This document shows, piece by piece, positions 25,469 through 35,290 of a stretch of 64,000 bases of DNA. The notes under the pieces are model-generated. The model saw only the letters and a list, made by a program, of their open reading frames with translations. It was not told the origin of the DNA and searched no databases. Every line of letters starts with the position of its first letter. The first letter of the stretch is position 1. The stretch is from a virus (Duplodnaviria; Caudoviricetes). Location of the stretch: positions 532 to 64,531 of IMG/VR virus record IMGVR_UViG_3300010885_022465; one strand, given 5' to 3'. The translations under genes and the position numbers were made by a program.

Positions 25469-26953
25469 ATGATAATTTCTATAATAGGAGTAATTTGCGC
25501 AAAAGCAAGCGCGGCTGTTAGTTCGTTACTAACTGGTTTATACGCTGTGTATAAAGCTGAATCAAACGCCTTAGCTAGTTTAACAACTAATTTGTACGCT
25601 GTTTACAAAGGTGAATCAAATGCAAATGATTCATTAGGTGCATATAATGGAACGGCACAAGGTGGATTAACATATACAGCTGGTAAGAGTGGAAATGCTT
25701 TTACATTTAATGGCATAAATAGTCGCATTGATTTACCAACTGCTTCTTTTAATTCACTAACAACAGATTTTTCAGTTAGTGCTTGGACGTTATTTCCAAC
25801 AGGTTATATTGGCACTGATGCTATTCCTATTTTTAATAATATGAGTGCTACATCTTGGTTTGCTGGTGCTGGTGGTTTTTGGGTTACATTTTTTGGGGAT
25901 GTTATACAATTTAGAATTGGGGATAAAAGTACAGCGCCTATTCTAACGTACGCTACTGCTGTTTCAATGGGTTATAACACGTTTTTTCACATTGCTGTAA
26001 CACGTTCAAGTGGCAGAAGTAGAATCTATCTAAACGGAACACTAGTAGCTAGTAATACTGATGCCGTCAATCCAGTGTATTACACAAGTGGTGTGAATAC
26101 AACTACACCAACAATAGGAGCAATTAAAATGCCTAATGGTGTACAAGATAGTTATTATGCACCATCAAATACAAAAATAGATGAGTTAAATATTTGGAAC
26201 AAAGAACTAACAGCAACAGAAGTAACAGATTTATATAACGCAGGAACAGGCAAGTTCTACCAAGCAAATGCTTTTTATTCTACAATAGTAAACGATTCAC
26301 TAGGCACATATAACGGAACTGCACAAGGTGGATTGACTTATAGTGCTGGTAAGAGTGGAAATGCTTTTACTTTTAATGGCACAAATGCTTATGTAAGTTT
26401 GCCTACTAATCAATTTAATTTCACTGGGGACTTTACTATTTCGGCATGGGTTAATATAAGTGGGCTTTATATTAGCTCAAATGCCATACATCTTATGGTA
26501 AATTTAAATTGCGATGGTGCATGGTTTCAAAATCTAAAAGGAATATGGTTTCAGATAGCTAATCAAACATTAGCATTAAGTTTATTTAATAGCGGAACTG
26601 CGAATGATGTTACTTGGAACGACACTACTGGAAGTATAATTAAAAGTGGTTCTGGATGGTTTCATGTTGTTACCACAAGAAAAGGTGGTACTGGAAGTAA
26701 GATATATTTGAATGGTGTATTAAAAAATTCAAACACTAACACACTAGATGCTAACTTTCATACAAACTATCAAACGCCAGCAATAGGCAATAACAGAATT
26801 TTAAATCGGTCTGGCGCTGTAGCTACGTCTGATGTTTATGCACCAGACGGAGTTTTAATAGATGAGTACAACGTATGGAATAAAGAATTGACATCAACAG
26901 AAGTAACAAATTTATATAACGCAGGAACAGGTAAGTTCTACCCAACATTTTAA
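25469..26953 (+). CDS. double LamG/concanavalin-like receptor-binding protein
   Basis: Two copies of GKSGNAFTFNG...F(S/T)(V/I)SAW...IYLNG...IDE..WNKELT. Confidence 0.8.
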   Translation: MIISIIGVICAKASAAVSSLLTGLYAVYKAESNALASLTTNLYAVYKGESNANDSLGAYNGTAQGGLTYTAGKSGNAFTFNGINSRIDLPTASFNSLTTDFSVSAWTLFPTGYIGTDAIPIFNNMSATSWFAGAGGFWVTFFGDVIQFRIGDKSTAPILTYATAVSMGYNTFFHIAVTRSSGRSRIYLNGTLVASNTDAVNPVYYTSGVNTTTPTIGAIKMPNGVQDSYYAPSNTKIDELNIWNKELTATEVTDLYNAGTGKFYQANAFYSTIVNDSLGTYNGTAQGGLTYSAGKSGNAFTFNGTNAYVSLPTNQFNFTGDFTISAWVNISGLYISSNAIHLMVNLNCDGAWFQNLKGIWFQIANQTLALSLFNSGTANDVTWNDTTGSIIKSGSGWFHVVTTRKGGTGSKIYLNGVLKNSNTNTLDANFHTNYQTPAIGNNRILNRSGAVATSDVYAPDGVLIDEYNVWNKELTSTEVTNLYNAGTGKFYPTF

Positions 26954-26956
26954 ACT

Positions 26957-27190
26957 ATGAAAGTAAGACAATTAACACTAGAACAAGCTCAAATTTTGAC
27001 AGGAAAGGTATGGGGTTACCAAGGTCAATTATTCAACCCTCAAACAGATGCAAATGGTAAAAAATTTATTTCAAATGAAGAAGTAAACGGATGTACTTTA
27101 CAACAAGCGGAATCGATTCCATGTGATGCGTGGTTGTTGACATTACCCGAAATTGACTATAATCCTGTAGTAAGTGAAATGCCATTATAA
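26957..27190 (+). CDS. small protein after LamG gene (possible partner or chaperone)
   Basis: FNPQTDANG...ISNEE...WLLTLPEIDY. Confidence 0.6.
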   Translation: MKVRQLTLEQAQILTGKVWGYQGQLFNPQTDANGKKFISNEEVNGCTLQQAESIPCDAWLLTLPEIDYNPVVSEMPL

Positions 27191-28554
27191 TGAATATTAT
27201 ATATCCAACAACAGCAGACCCGAACGCAATCTCTTCGATTAATTATGGAAATATCATTTATGTAGACCCTACAAATGGTAATAACGCAACAGGATTAAAG
27301 AATAGATTAGACAAACCATTCTTGGATTATAGTTCAGCAAAAAATACTGCTGTATCAGGCGATGTAATCTATATGAGAAAAGGAACTTATCCTGATACAG
27401 TATATGAATTAAAACATTTGGTAGATGTTTACTGCGAGCCAGGGGTATTTCTTCTTGGTGGATTCTCTAATTTATCTAATACCGTTACAGTAAAAGTATT
27501 TGGTTACGCTAATTTCGGAAATTCAGCTCAACCAGCTTTGCGTGTAGATGGCAATGCTGACATCAGTTTTGAATTTGATAGAATAGATGGAATTAGAACT
27601 TATGGAATCCAAGAGGAGTCTAATGATACTGTAACTTTAAAAGCAAAAGGTAATTACATTAACTGTAGTACTCCTATTAGAGTAAGGGGAGGGTATAAAA
27701 CTGCAGTAATAGAAATATCTCAAATGATTTCAGCTTATGGTTTGTATGCAGTGCGTCTTGGTGCTTCAAGTTTAAATCCTCTTGTAGGTGTAATAAGTGT
27801 TTCTTGCCCTATTATTGAGGCTACAGGTTCGGGATTCGGAAGAGCTGCTATTCTTTTAGCAGAAAACTTATCTACTATTGCTGGACAGAACCACAAGATA
27901 TTTATCAAGGCTGATGTCATAAGAATGACTAACCTAACAATGACAGAAACAAGACCTGATATTATTTCGGCTGCTGTATGGCATAGAGGAGGACATAACA
28001 TTGAGATAACTGCAAACTTAGAAGGTAATGCATGCTTAGGAGTAGACGCTAATATAATGGCAGGTTCTTACGTAACAGGTACTATGGTGATAAAAGGCGA
28101 TGTATCTTCTAACATTGAATGTGTAAGTGCAAACTGTAAATTTACAAATGGTAATGCGTGGGGAACTGTTGTTTTCAAAAATGGATTGATAAAATCATTA
28201 GGACAAGGAGCATCAGGAGCTGTAGTAGAAACAGGAAATACTTGGAATTATGTTTCAGGTGGTACAAATGGAAATTTACAATTTGTAAATTGTACTTTAT
28301 ACAATGCAGGAACTGACGGAAAAATTGTTCAGCATGATATTCCTAATGCAGCTACAGATAAAAATATTTATTTTTACAATTGTATCGCATTCACAGAGGG
28401 CACAGGAGGTTTCTTTGCGAGTTCAGTACAGGCTACTAAAAAAATTGGATTACATAATGTTAGAAGTAACAAACCACTTGATAGTATGGTAACTGACCCT
28501 TTCTCACCTACAGGACTTACAGTAGATACAAATTTAGTAATACCTAAAACATAA
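27190..28554 (+). CDS. beta-helix (pectin lyase-like) tailspike
   Basis: IYVDPTNGNN...KPF...GDVIYMRKGTY followed by Gly/Asn-rich beta repeats. Confidence 0.7.
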   Translation: MNIIYPTTADPNAISSINYGNIIYVDPTNGNNATGLKNRLDKPFLDYSSAKNTAVSGDVIYMRKGTYPDTVYELKHLVDVYCEPGVFLLGGFSNLSNTVTVKVFGYANFGNSAQPALRVDGNADISFEFDRIDGIRTYGIQEESNDTVTLKAKGNYINCSTPIRVRGGYKTAVIEISQMISAYGLYAVRLGASSLNPLVGVISVSCPIIEATGSGFGRAAILLAENLSTIAGQNHKIFIKADVIRMTNLTMTETRPDIISAAVWHRGGHNIEITANLEGNACLGVDANIMAGSYVTGTMVIKGDVSSNIECVSANCKFTNGNAWGTVVFKNGLIKSLGQGASGAVVETGNTWNYVSGGTNGNLQFVNCTLYNAGTDGKIVQHDIPNAATDKNIYFYNCIAFTEGTGGFFASSVQATKKIGLHNVRSNKPLDSMVTDPFSPTGLTVDTNLVIPKT

Positions 28555-28558
28555 AAAA

Positions 28559-28888
28559 ATGGCAGAACTTAGATTAGAATTATTATTATCTCCTGTTGAA
28601 GAGATAAGTATTTTCAACAGCGACACAGAAATAAAAGTTAGTGATTTTTCAGAAACTCAATCAGAAGTGTTTAACGAATTCGTAGCCTTTACTGGTGAAG
28701 ACTTTGCAATTATAAATAATATTCTTGATGAAGATATTGTTGTATATTGGCATAAGCCTTTCAATTGTGATGAAGATTACTCTATAGATGCATTTTACAA
28801 CAGAGTATCTTTTGATTATGATTCCTTAACTGAAAGTGAAAAAACTATAGTAGATTCTTTCATAGACCTTATCAAGTCAATAAGATAA
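28559..28888 (+). CDS. acidic hypothetical protein (possible spike chaperone)
   Basis: 109-aa acidic ORF after tailspike. Confidence 0.6.
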   Translation: MAELRLELLLSPVEEISIFNSDTEIKVSDFSETQSEVFNEFVAFTGEDFAIINNILDEDIVVYWHKPFNCDEDYSIDAFYNRVSFDYDSLTESEKTIVDSFIDLIKSIR

Positions 28889-28904
28889 TAATTGAAGGTA
28901 AATT

Positions 28905-28940
28905 AAAAACCCCTAGTAGTTAGTTCTGCTAGGGGTTTTT
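28905..28940. terminator. bidirectional intrinsic terminator
   Basis: AAAAACCCCTAGTAG...CTGCTAGGGGTTTTT between convergent operons. Confidence 0.85.
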
Positions 28941-28941
28941 C

Positions 28942-29223
28942 TTATTTAAAGAACTTGTGTTTTTTATCAGCTCTATTTTTACTTTGAGCTTGAACGATTA
29001 CTTTTTCTTTGCTTTGATGTGCGAGGTCTTTACCATCATGGTTACCATAAGTACCCATCTTTCTGTTTAAGGCTCCTAGAACGCTTCTGTATTTACGTCT
29101 AGCAGATGTAGAATGATACTTAGTATCGTATTCTTCTTTCTTGTCTCTAGCTTCAGGGTGTTCATGGTAATACTTTGCAGTCTTACTTTTACCCTTGAAG
29201 ATACCTGCTAATTTATTTCTCAT
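28942..29223 (-). CDS. small basic protein (degenerate HNH-like)
   Basis: DGKDLAH...SKNRA; very basic. Confidence 0.6.
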   Translation of the reverse strand: MRNKLAGIFKGKSKTAKYYHEHPEARDKKEEYDTKYHSTSARRKYRSVLGALNRKMGTYGNHDGKDLAHQSKEKVIVQAQSKNRADKKHKFFK

Positions 29224-29224
29224 A

Positions 29225-29854
29225 TCACCACTCTTTTAGTAAAACGTATGTTGTTCGTGCTTGGTTTTTAAAGTAAGTGTTTATCATTTGCAAATGTTTC
29301 TGCTTATCATTAACAACCTGACAACCTGCTGACCAATCCCCAATGTTCTCTTGCAACCCTTTAAAGTTATTGTCATAAGTAGCCGCGTGGAAATTGATTC
29401 CATATCCAGCACCTTTAATAGGAGTTCCTATCTCTTCAGATTTTCCGTCCATATCTCCATCACGATACACTAAAAAGTTTCCTACCTGTCTCAATGCAGG
29501 CATTTTGCCCATGTGAAGACCATAAGTCCAAACATCGTAATACCATTCGTTAGATTTAACAATAGCTGCGCCTGCTCTATTGTATTTCAAAAACCCTCCA
29601 TTCAAAACAGGAGCCCCAGGATTCGTAGTTCCAGTAGTCATGGTTAAAAACCTATCTCCTTGAAAAATATAAAACTTGTCGTCAAACTTATTCGTTTCGT
29701 CTTCCAAACTTCTAATCCCTACAATATAATAACCATTAGGAATTACCTTGAATGAAGGCAATGATTTTATTTTCTCTAGTATCTCAACGTCCGTCAAGTT
29801 TCTTACATTACTTTTGCTCATTTTCTTCTTCGTTAGATTCGTAACCATCTTCAA
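29225..29854 (-). CDS. putative endolysin (L,D-transpeptidase/YkuD-like active-site motif)
   Basis: GINFH...WSAGCQV; next to holin-like gene. Confidence 0.6.
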   Translation of the reverse strand: MKMVTNLTKKKMSKSNVRNLTDVEILEKIKSLPSFKVIPNGYYIVGIRSLEDETNKFDDKFYIFQGDRFLTMTTGTTNPGAPVLNGGFLKYNRAGAAIVKSNEWYYDVWTYGLHMGKMPALRQVGNFLVYRDGDMDGKSEEIGTPIKGAGYGINFHAATYDNNFKGLQENIGDWSAGCQVVNDKQKHLQMINTYFKNQARTTYVLLKEW

Positions 29855-30026
29855 CTGTCAATTGACTCAATGCTGTAATCACAGTTCCTGCAGTGATTAA
29901 AACACCACCTACTGGTGGGAATGGCGCAACTAATGCTCCACCGATAGCACCTAGCACTACACCAATTCTTTGTACTTTCTTCCAAAACTTTGGAGTAGGA
30001 GCACTAATTCTTTCTAATAATTTCAT
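29808..30026 (-). CDS. holin-like membrane protein
   Basis: APTPKFWKKV followed by two hydrophobic segments. Confidence 0.65.
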   Translation of the reverse strand: MKLLERISAPTPKFWKKVQRIGVVLGAIGGALVAPFPPVGGVLITAGTVITALSQLTVEDGYESNEEENEQK

Positions 30027-30027
30027 G

Positions 30028-30792
30028 TTAAATGTATTTTATGTTTTTAAGTTTTCCATTCATCTGTTCAAATGAACGTATTCCGTCTTTCGGAATTAAG
30101 CTGACTGAGACGCTTATCAATTCATAGACAGCTAATGTTCTAGCGAAGTTAGTTTGATGAAAGCTAGAAGCAAATATAGCGTTAATCCTATCGTTTATAC
30201 TTCTTCTAGTTTCACTTCTCCATTCTTCAAATAAAGTAACAACGTACTCAGCATCCCTCTTAGGTAATCCTTTATTTATAAAATGAGCTTCAGCTTCTTT
30301 GCAGTAATTATCTACAACAATAGATAAATGTCTCATGATTACTTGCTTCAACTCATCTCTCTTAGGGTCGTGCGTAGCGTCTAACACATCTATCTGATTA
30401 ATCAAAACATTCATGCTGTCTTTAATCTCATCAAGCATAATATTAATAAAGTCATGAAACACCTGCGTCTTAACCTCATCTCCATCAAACCTATGGAACT
30501 TAATAGCACTCCTAACATCTTCAATGACATTAAACAAATCATGGGAGTTTAAATCCTGAAATGTAAGTTTCTCAACTTCTAAGTGAATTGTCGTAGTTTT
30601 TTTTGGGAAAACTTCCTTTTTATTCCTTTTAAAAAGAGGAATTGTAACTACAGAAAGTTTGATTGTTTTGATTTGTTCTACGATTGTGTCCTTAAAAATA
30701 TAAAGAATCACTATCATAAACATCAGTAAGAAAGTAAGATGCGGAGACAGCTCACCAAATTTGCTTGTAAAAGCCTCTAATATATCGCTCAT
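30028..30792 (-). CDS. membrane-anchored lysis-cluster protein
   Basis: N-terminal TM helix plus soluble domain. Confidence 0.6.
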   Translation of the reverse strand: MSDILEAFTSKFGELSPHLTFLLMFMIVILYIFKDTIVEQIKTIKLSVVTIPLFKRNKKEVFPKKTTTIHLEVEKLTFQDLNSHDLFNVIEDVRSAIKFHRFDGDEVKTQVFHDFINIMLDEIKDSMNVLINQIDVLDATHDPKRDELKQVIMRHLSIVVDNYCKEAEAHFINKGLPKRDAEYVVTLFEEWRSETRRSINDRINAIFASSFHQTNFARTLAVYELISVSVSLIPKDGIRSFEQMNGKLKNIKYI

Positions 30793-30821
30793 TGTTAAGT
30801 TAGTTGTGATGCTAAAATAAC

Positions 30822-30851
30822 AAAAAAAAAGCCTGTATTACTCTACAGGCT
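30822..30851 (-). terminator. intrinsic terminator
   Basis: A9-GCCTGTA...TACAGGC-T on +. Confidence 0.7.
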
Positions 30852-31002
30852 CAGTTTCTTCTTGTTTTTCGGGAGCAGTTACGAATTGTGACGCTACGTT
30901 GTTAAATGACGTTAAGATTGTCATTACTTCGTTTGCATTGTAAACTCCCTTTTGAACTCCTCTATCTATTGCTTCATAGATAATTCTCAATGATTCTTCC
31001 AT
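30838..31002 (-). CDS. small hypothetical protein (54 aa)
   Basis: MEESLRIIYEAIDRGVQKGVYN... Confidence 0.5.
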   Translation of the reverse strand: MEESLRIIYEAIDRGVQKGVYNANEVMTILTSFNNVASQFVTAPEKQEETEPVE

Positions 31003-31073
31003 AAAATGTTTTTTTTGTAAATATACAAATATGTTGCGTTCAAATTACAAACACACAATAATTGTTATTTAAT

Positions 31074-31316
31074 TTATAATTCAAATTGATTTCTAACTTC
31101 TAATGGAACATTCTCCATTTCTTGAAATTTATCAAAAAGTAAAGGAGTCATCTCCGCAATAAAAGATTCCATCTCAGCAATAGCTTCAGCTTCACTGTCA
31201 AAAATTTTATATGTTGCTATATAGTTTTCAATTAACTGACTTGAAGGTTTTAAGCAAACATTTGCTTGTAAATCTTCTTCAATGATTGTTGTTGGTATTA
31301 GTATAAACTGTTCCAT
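31074..31316 (-). CDS. acidic hypothetical protein (possible fibre chaperone)
   Basis: Follows long tail fibre. Confidence 0.6.
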   Translation of the reverse strand: MEQFILIPTTIIEEDLQANVCLKPSSQLIENYIATYKIFDSEAEAIAEMESFIAEMTPLLFDKFQEMENVPLEVRNQFEL

Positions 31317-31321
31317 AATTA

Positions 31322-34300
31322 TTATATTGAATAAACACCTAATTTAATTAAATCAAATTGTCCTGTATTGGTAACAGAAGTAATTGACATACATCTAGTA
31401 GCAAAGAAGTTTAGTCCTTGAGAAGTTAAAGGTAAATTTGTTGAAACTGTTCCAGTTGCAATTGCTCCAGTTTCTTTATTTATTACTTCATAATTTACAT
31501 CTGTAGACATAGGTGCATTATACAATTGAATACTATATACAGTTGTTGAAATAGCTCCAGCTGTTCTGTTGGCAGGAAAGTTAACACCTAAATCTACTTT
31601 CGTTGCAGTACCACTTCCGTCATTATGGAATATTTGCAAGTTAGCATCTCCAACTTCAGAGCCTACACCAATAATATTTAACAATGTACTTACCAAAATG
31701 TTAGATGCACTTCCGTAGTTCAAGTCAGTAGTAACACCACTCATCCCGTAAAATTGCTGACAACCTGCAGAAAATGCCGTGTCTGAAATATTAAAATCAC
31801 ACACAAATCTAAAACCTCCATGAAGGAACCATAATAACGCAGAACCTCTTGTTCCAGTATATCTACCACCTGAAACAACTGAAGCAAAATATCTCAATCT
31901 TACTTGTTTTGTAGCAAAGTTAGTTGATGCAACAGATTGAGCGGAAGTCGACGCAGATGAAGACATGACAACACCGCCATCAGAAATAACAGTTGTAGAG
32001 TTGTTGTTGATGTTAATTCCTCTATATGTTTCGTCGGCTTTAAAAGATGGTATAAACGAAGATGGTATATTTAAAGTATTTCCAACTAATGTAGCTTCTC
32101 CTGAACCTGTAGTGGTAACTGCTAATCCTGTATCCGCAACAGACATTGTAGCCCAGTTTGCATATCCATTAGAACCATCTACGCATTTTAAAAATTTTCC
32201 TAAACCTTCTGTTCCATCTATTAATTGTAAGGCATAATTATTTGTTGCATCGACAGCAACAAATCTTCCTCCAATATTAGTTACTGCACCATAAGACATT
32301 ATTCCAGCTAGACCATAAACACCTACATTAGTTGCATTATCATACGCGTAAAATTCACCTCCTATTGATGTTGCTAATGCTCCATTCCCATTTGCTGTTC
32401 CTCTTACACCATTTGTGCCAAGAAAATCACCTCCAAATCCATTTACTTTCACAGACCTTCCGAAGATACCATGTAGCACACTCGCGCTGCCAGTTACTGA
32501 AAGCATATAGTTAGCTGAAGGAGCTGTACCAATTGCTACTGTAGTTCCATTATCTTGAATTAAACTATTTCCAATAGTACCGCTAGCAGTGAATTTACTA
32601 ATATAATCAGTAGTTCCTGAACCACCTATCTTGCTATTAAATGTAGTCCAGTTTGCAGAACTTAATGCTCCCCTATTAGTAGCAGATGCAGTAGGTAAGT
32701 TAAATGTATGTGTTGTTCCAACTGAACTAATTGCAAAATCTGTACCTGTAGTACCTACAGCTAAGTTTTGAACTTGAGCTGTTAAGCCATTTAAAGCTGT
32801 TAATCCAGTTGAAAATGTAGTTATTACCTTACAAAGATGACTGTCCTCTGTATGTAATGTTATAGTTCTACCACTATGTGTTACATAAATACGAACAGCT
32901 AATCTATCTGTAACTAATAATGTTGTTTGTGGAACAGCTAAAGCAGTAACATATAAATCTATTGCAGTACCATTTGTTATTCCTTCAGGAGTTGCTGAAT
33001 TGCTTGCAATTAAAGATAGTGTAGTTCCATTCCATTTATATAATTCAATATAAAAAGAAGGTGTACCACCACCACTTGAAGCGCTAAAATAAGTTTCAAA
33101 ATTCCAATTTCCTGCAGGTATTTCTAATAAACCTGGTACACCAGCATCTGTAATAAATGATTGAATATAACCGTCTGCATTTATTGTAAAATCTGTTCCA
33201 GCACCCAATATTGGTGTTCTATCCATTTCTCTAAAGGCAACACCACCAAACGTTCCTTGTGAAACTGAGCCGTTTAAATAAAATGTTAATGATGAACCAC
33301 CACCAGTTGATAACGGAAAATTAGCAAGTGTACCGTCACCTCTAACATATTGAGCTGTTGTTCCTGAACCTGTAACTGCAATAGTTCCTGAAGATGTAAT
33401 TGGAGAATTGGAAACCGTAAACGCTGAAGGCATTGATAAACCTACACTAGTAACAGTTCCGCCACCATATTGAGGTATGTTTAATGTATTTCCAACTAGA
33501 GTGGCTACTCCAGATGTTCCAGTAGTAGTAAGAGTTATTGAACCTTGTGCACCAATATCAGATAGCATCTCGGCACCTGTTCTATATTTTATAACCCCCG
33601 AATCACTGACTAAAAATCTATCAGTGTCAGTTGTTGCGTTTGCTATAGTAGATATTTTTATATTTCCGTTTACTTCTAATTTAGTACCTGGTGTTATAGT
33701 TCCTATACCAACATTACCACTAGCTGCAATAGTCATTACACTTGTGCCCCAATTTCTGAAATCAAATAAAGGTCTTGTTGTAGCTGGCGCAAAAGCTGTT
33801 GTAGCAGACCTAAACGTCATAATAGGATTAGAACCAGTGTCGTCAGATGCCGCAATATATCCTGTTAAGTTTAATGCCTGTTGATTAGAACCTGTTATTT
33901 GATTACCTACCAATGCAGGAATAAATACGCCATCTGTATTTGAATAATTTTGAATAACAAATGTAGATGAAGAATCACTAACTTGAAATGAAGCAATGTT
34001 TTCTCCTGCAGATGGAGTAGCTGTTGATTTAACAGTAAATGCAGCACTTGCAGAAGATGGGACAAAATTAATACCAACTTGCCCTGTGCTATTAATGCGC
34101 ATTCTTTCAGTTCTTGATGAACCTGCGCCTGTTGCAAAAGTAATTGCTTGTGGAAGAACATTTGTTGATACAGCACCATCTACAAGAAAAGTAATACCTG
34201 CTGTTGTTAAATTAGTTGTACCGTCATGTCCTGCTCCAACTAATGAAAATGTATTATCTCCACTTATTACTGCTGTAGGGGTATCCAACGTACCACGAGA

Positions 34301-35290
34301 ACGTGTAGCTTTAAATACACCTCTATTTCCTACGGAGCTTCCTGAAGATATAATGTTAAATCCAGGTGCCGTTTCTTCAGCAGAAAGAGTTATATAGTCT
34401 GAAGTATATAAAGTATTACTTATAGTTTTATTAACGGAAGATATATGTAACGGAGATATTGGAGTTGTTACACCTATACCTGTATTTGTTCCTGAGCTGT
34501 ATATATTACTATTTCCTAAAGTGCCTGAAGCTGTAAATTTAGGTACATAATTTGTTGTCCCTGAACCACCTACTTTACCGCTAAACATATTCCAATCTGC
34601 AGAAGAAAGTGCACCTCTATTTGTTGCTGATGCTGTAGGAATGTTTAATGTAATTACAGGAGTTGTAGTTCCTGTTGCTACACTTGAGTTTACATCTGTA
34701 CCTGTAGTTCCTAATGTCAATGCAGATACTGAAGTAACCGTTCCTGTAGCGGCGGTAGTTTGAATACTTCCATTTGGAAATCTTAAACCTGTCGCATTCA
34801 CCTCCATTGAAGATGGGAGTGTATTGTCTGTTATGGTTAATTTATTGTATTCTAATAAACCAAATATTGTTGACGCTGTATTTTGAACCCCAAAGTATGA
34901 AGAAGACATTTCGGTATTATAAATACCATTGTCTGCTATAATGCTATTTATTCCGATATTTACATTTGCAGTAGCTCCTGTATAAGGTACGTAAACTCCT
35001 GGAGTTGTACCGCTTGCGTCTATATTCACGGTTACATCATTTCCTATCACGGAAGCAGTTACTCCTGCGCCAGTAAAATTTAATGAAGAAAGATTAGAAG
35101 TTAACGAAGAACCTTCATCTTTAACTGCTATAGGATTAGAACCGCTAATTAAACCATTTATTTGAGAATTAAAATATTCTAAAACATAATTTAATGTCTT
35201 TCCGTTAGGAACAACAAGGTTAGTAAACGTAGCGTCAACTACATTTACTTCGCTTGTTTTTAATTTTTTAGAACAATTTATCTCTCCCAT
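31322..35290 (-). CDS. long tail fibre protein
   Basis: G/T/S-rich; GNVGIGT, ERMRI and repeated PTASATNRGALSS modules. Confidence 0.85.
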   Translation of the reverse strand: MGEINCSKKLKTSEVNVVDATFTNLVVPNGKTLNYVLEYFNSQINGLISGSNPIAVKDEGSSLTSNLSSLNFTGAGVTASVIGNDVTVNIDASGTTPGVYVPYTGATANVNIGINSIIADNGIYNTEMSSSYFGVQNTASTIFGLLEYNKLTITDNTLPSSMEVNATGLRFPNGSIQTTAATGTVTSVSALTLGTTGTDVNSSVATGTTTPVITLNIPTASATNRGALSSADWNMFSGKVGGSGTTNYVPKFTASGTLGNSNIYSSGTNTGIGVTTPISPLHISSVNKTISNTLYTSDYITLSAEETAPGFNIISSGSSVGNRGVFKATRSRGTLDTPTAVISGDNTFSLVGAGHDGTTNLTTAGITFLVDGAVSTNVLPQAITFATGAGSSRTERMRINSTGQVGINFVPSSASAAFTVKSTATPSAGENIASFQVSDSSSTFVIQNYSNTDGVFIPALVGNQITGSNQQALNLTGYIAASDDTGSNPIMTFRSATTAFAPATTRPLFDFRNWGTSVMTIAASGNVGIGTITPGTKLEVNGNIKISTIANATTDTDRFLVSDSGVIKYRTGAEMLSDIGAQGSITLTTTGTSGVATLVGNTLNIPQYGGGTVTSVGLSMPSAFTVSNSPITSSGTIAVTGSGTTAQYVRGDGTLANFPLSTGGGSSLTFYLNGSVSQGTFGGVAFREMDRTPILGAGTDFTINADGYIQSFITDAGVPGLLEIPAGNWNFETYFSASSGGGTPSFYIELYKWNGTTLSLIASNSATPEGITNGTAIDLYVTALAVPQTTLLVTDRLAVRIYVTHSGRTITLHTEDSHLCKVITTFSTGLTALNGLTAQVQNLAVGTTGTDFAISSVGTTHTFNLPTASATNRGALSSANWTTFNSKIGGSGTTDYISKFTASGTIGNSLIQDNGTTVAIGTAPSANYMLSVTGSASVLHGIFGRSVKVNGFGGDFLGTNGVRGTANGNGALATSIGGEFYAYDNATNVGVYGLAGIMSYGAVTNIGGRFVAVDATNNYALQLIDGTEGLGKFLKCVDGSNGYANWATMSVADTGLAVTTTGSGEATLVGNTLNIPSSFIPSFKADETYRGININNNSTTVISDGGVVMSSSASTSAQSVASTNFATKQVRLRYFASVVSGGRYTGTRGSALLWFLHGGFRFVCDFNISDTAFSAGCQQFYGMSGVTTDLNYGSASNILVSTLLNIIGVGSEVGDANLQIFHNDGSGTATKVDLGVNFPANRTAGAISTTVYSIQLYNAPMSTDVNYEVINKETGAIATGTVSTNLPLTSQGLNFFATRCMSITSVTNTGQFDLIKLGVYSI

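Noticed and set aside
25469-26953. Diversity-generating retroelement TR/VR pair
   Set aside because: Both repeats are coding, differences are not confined to adenines, and no reverse transcriptase is present
24005-28940. Invertible fibre segment (shufflon)
   Set aside because: No flanking inverted repeats or invertase seen; orientation is explained by its own promoter
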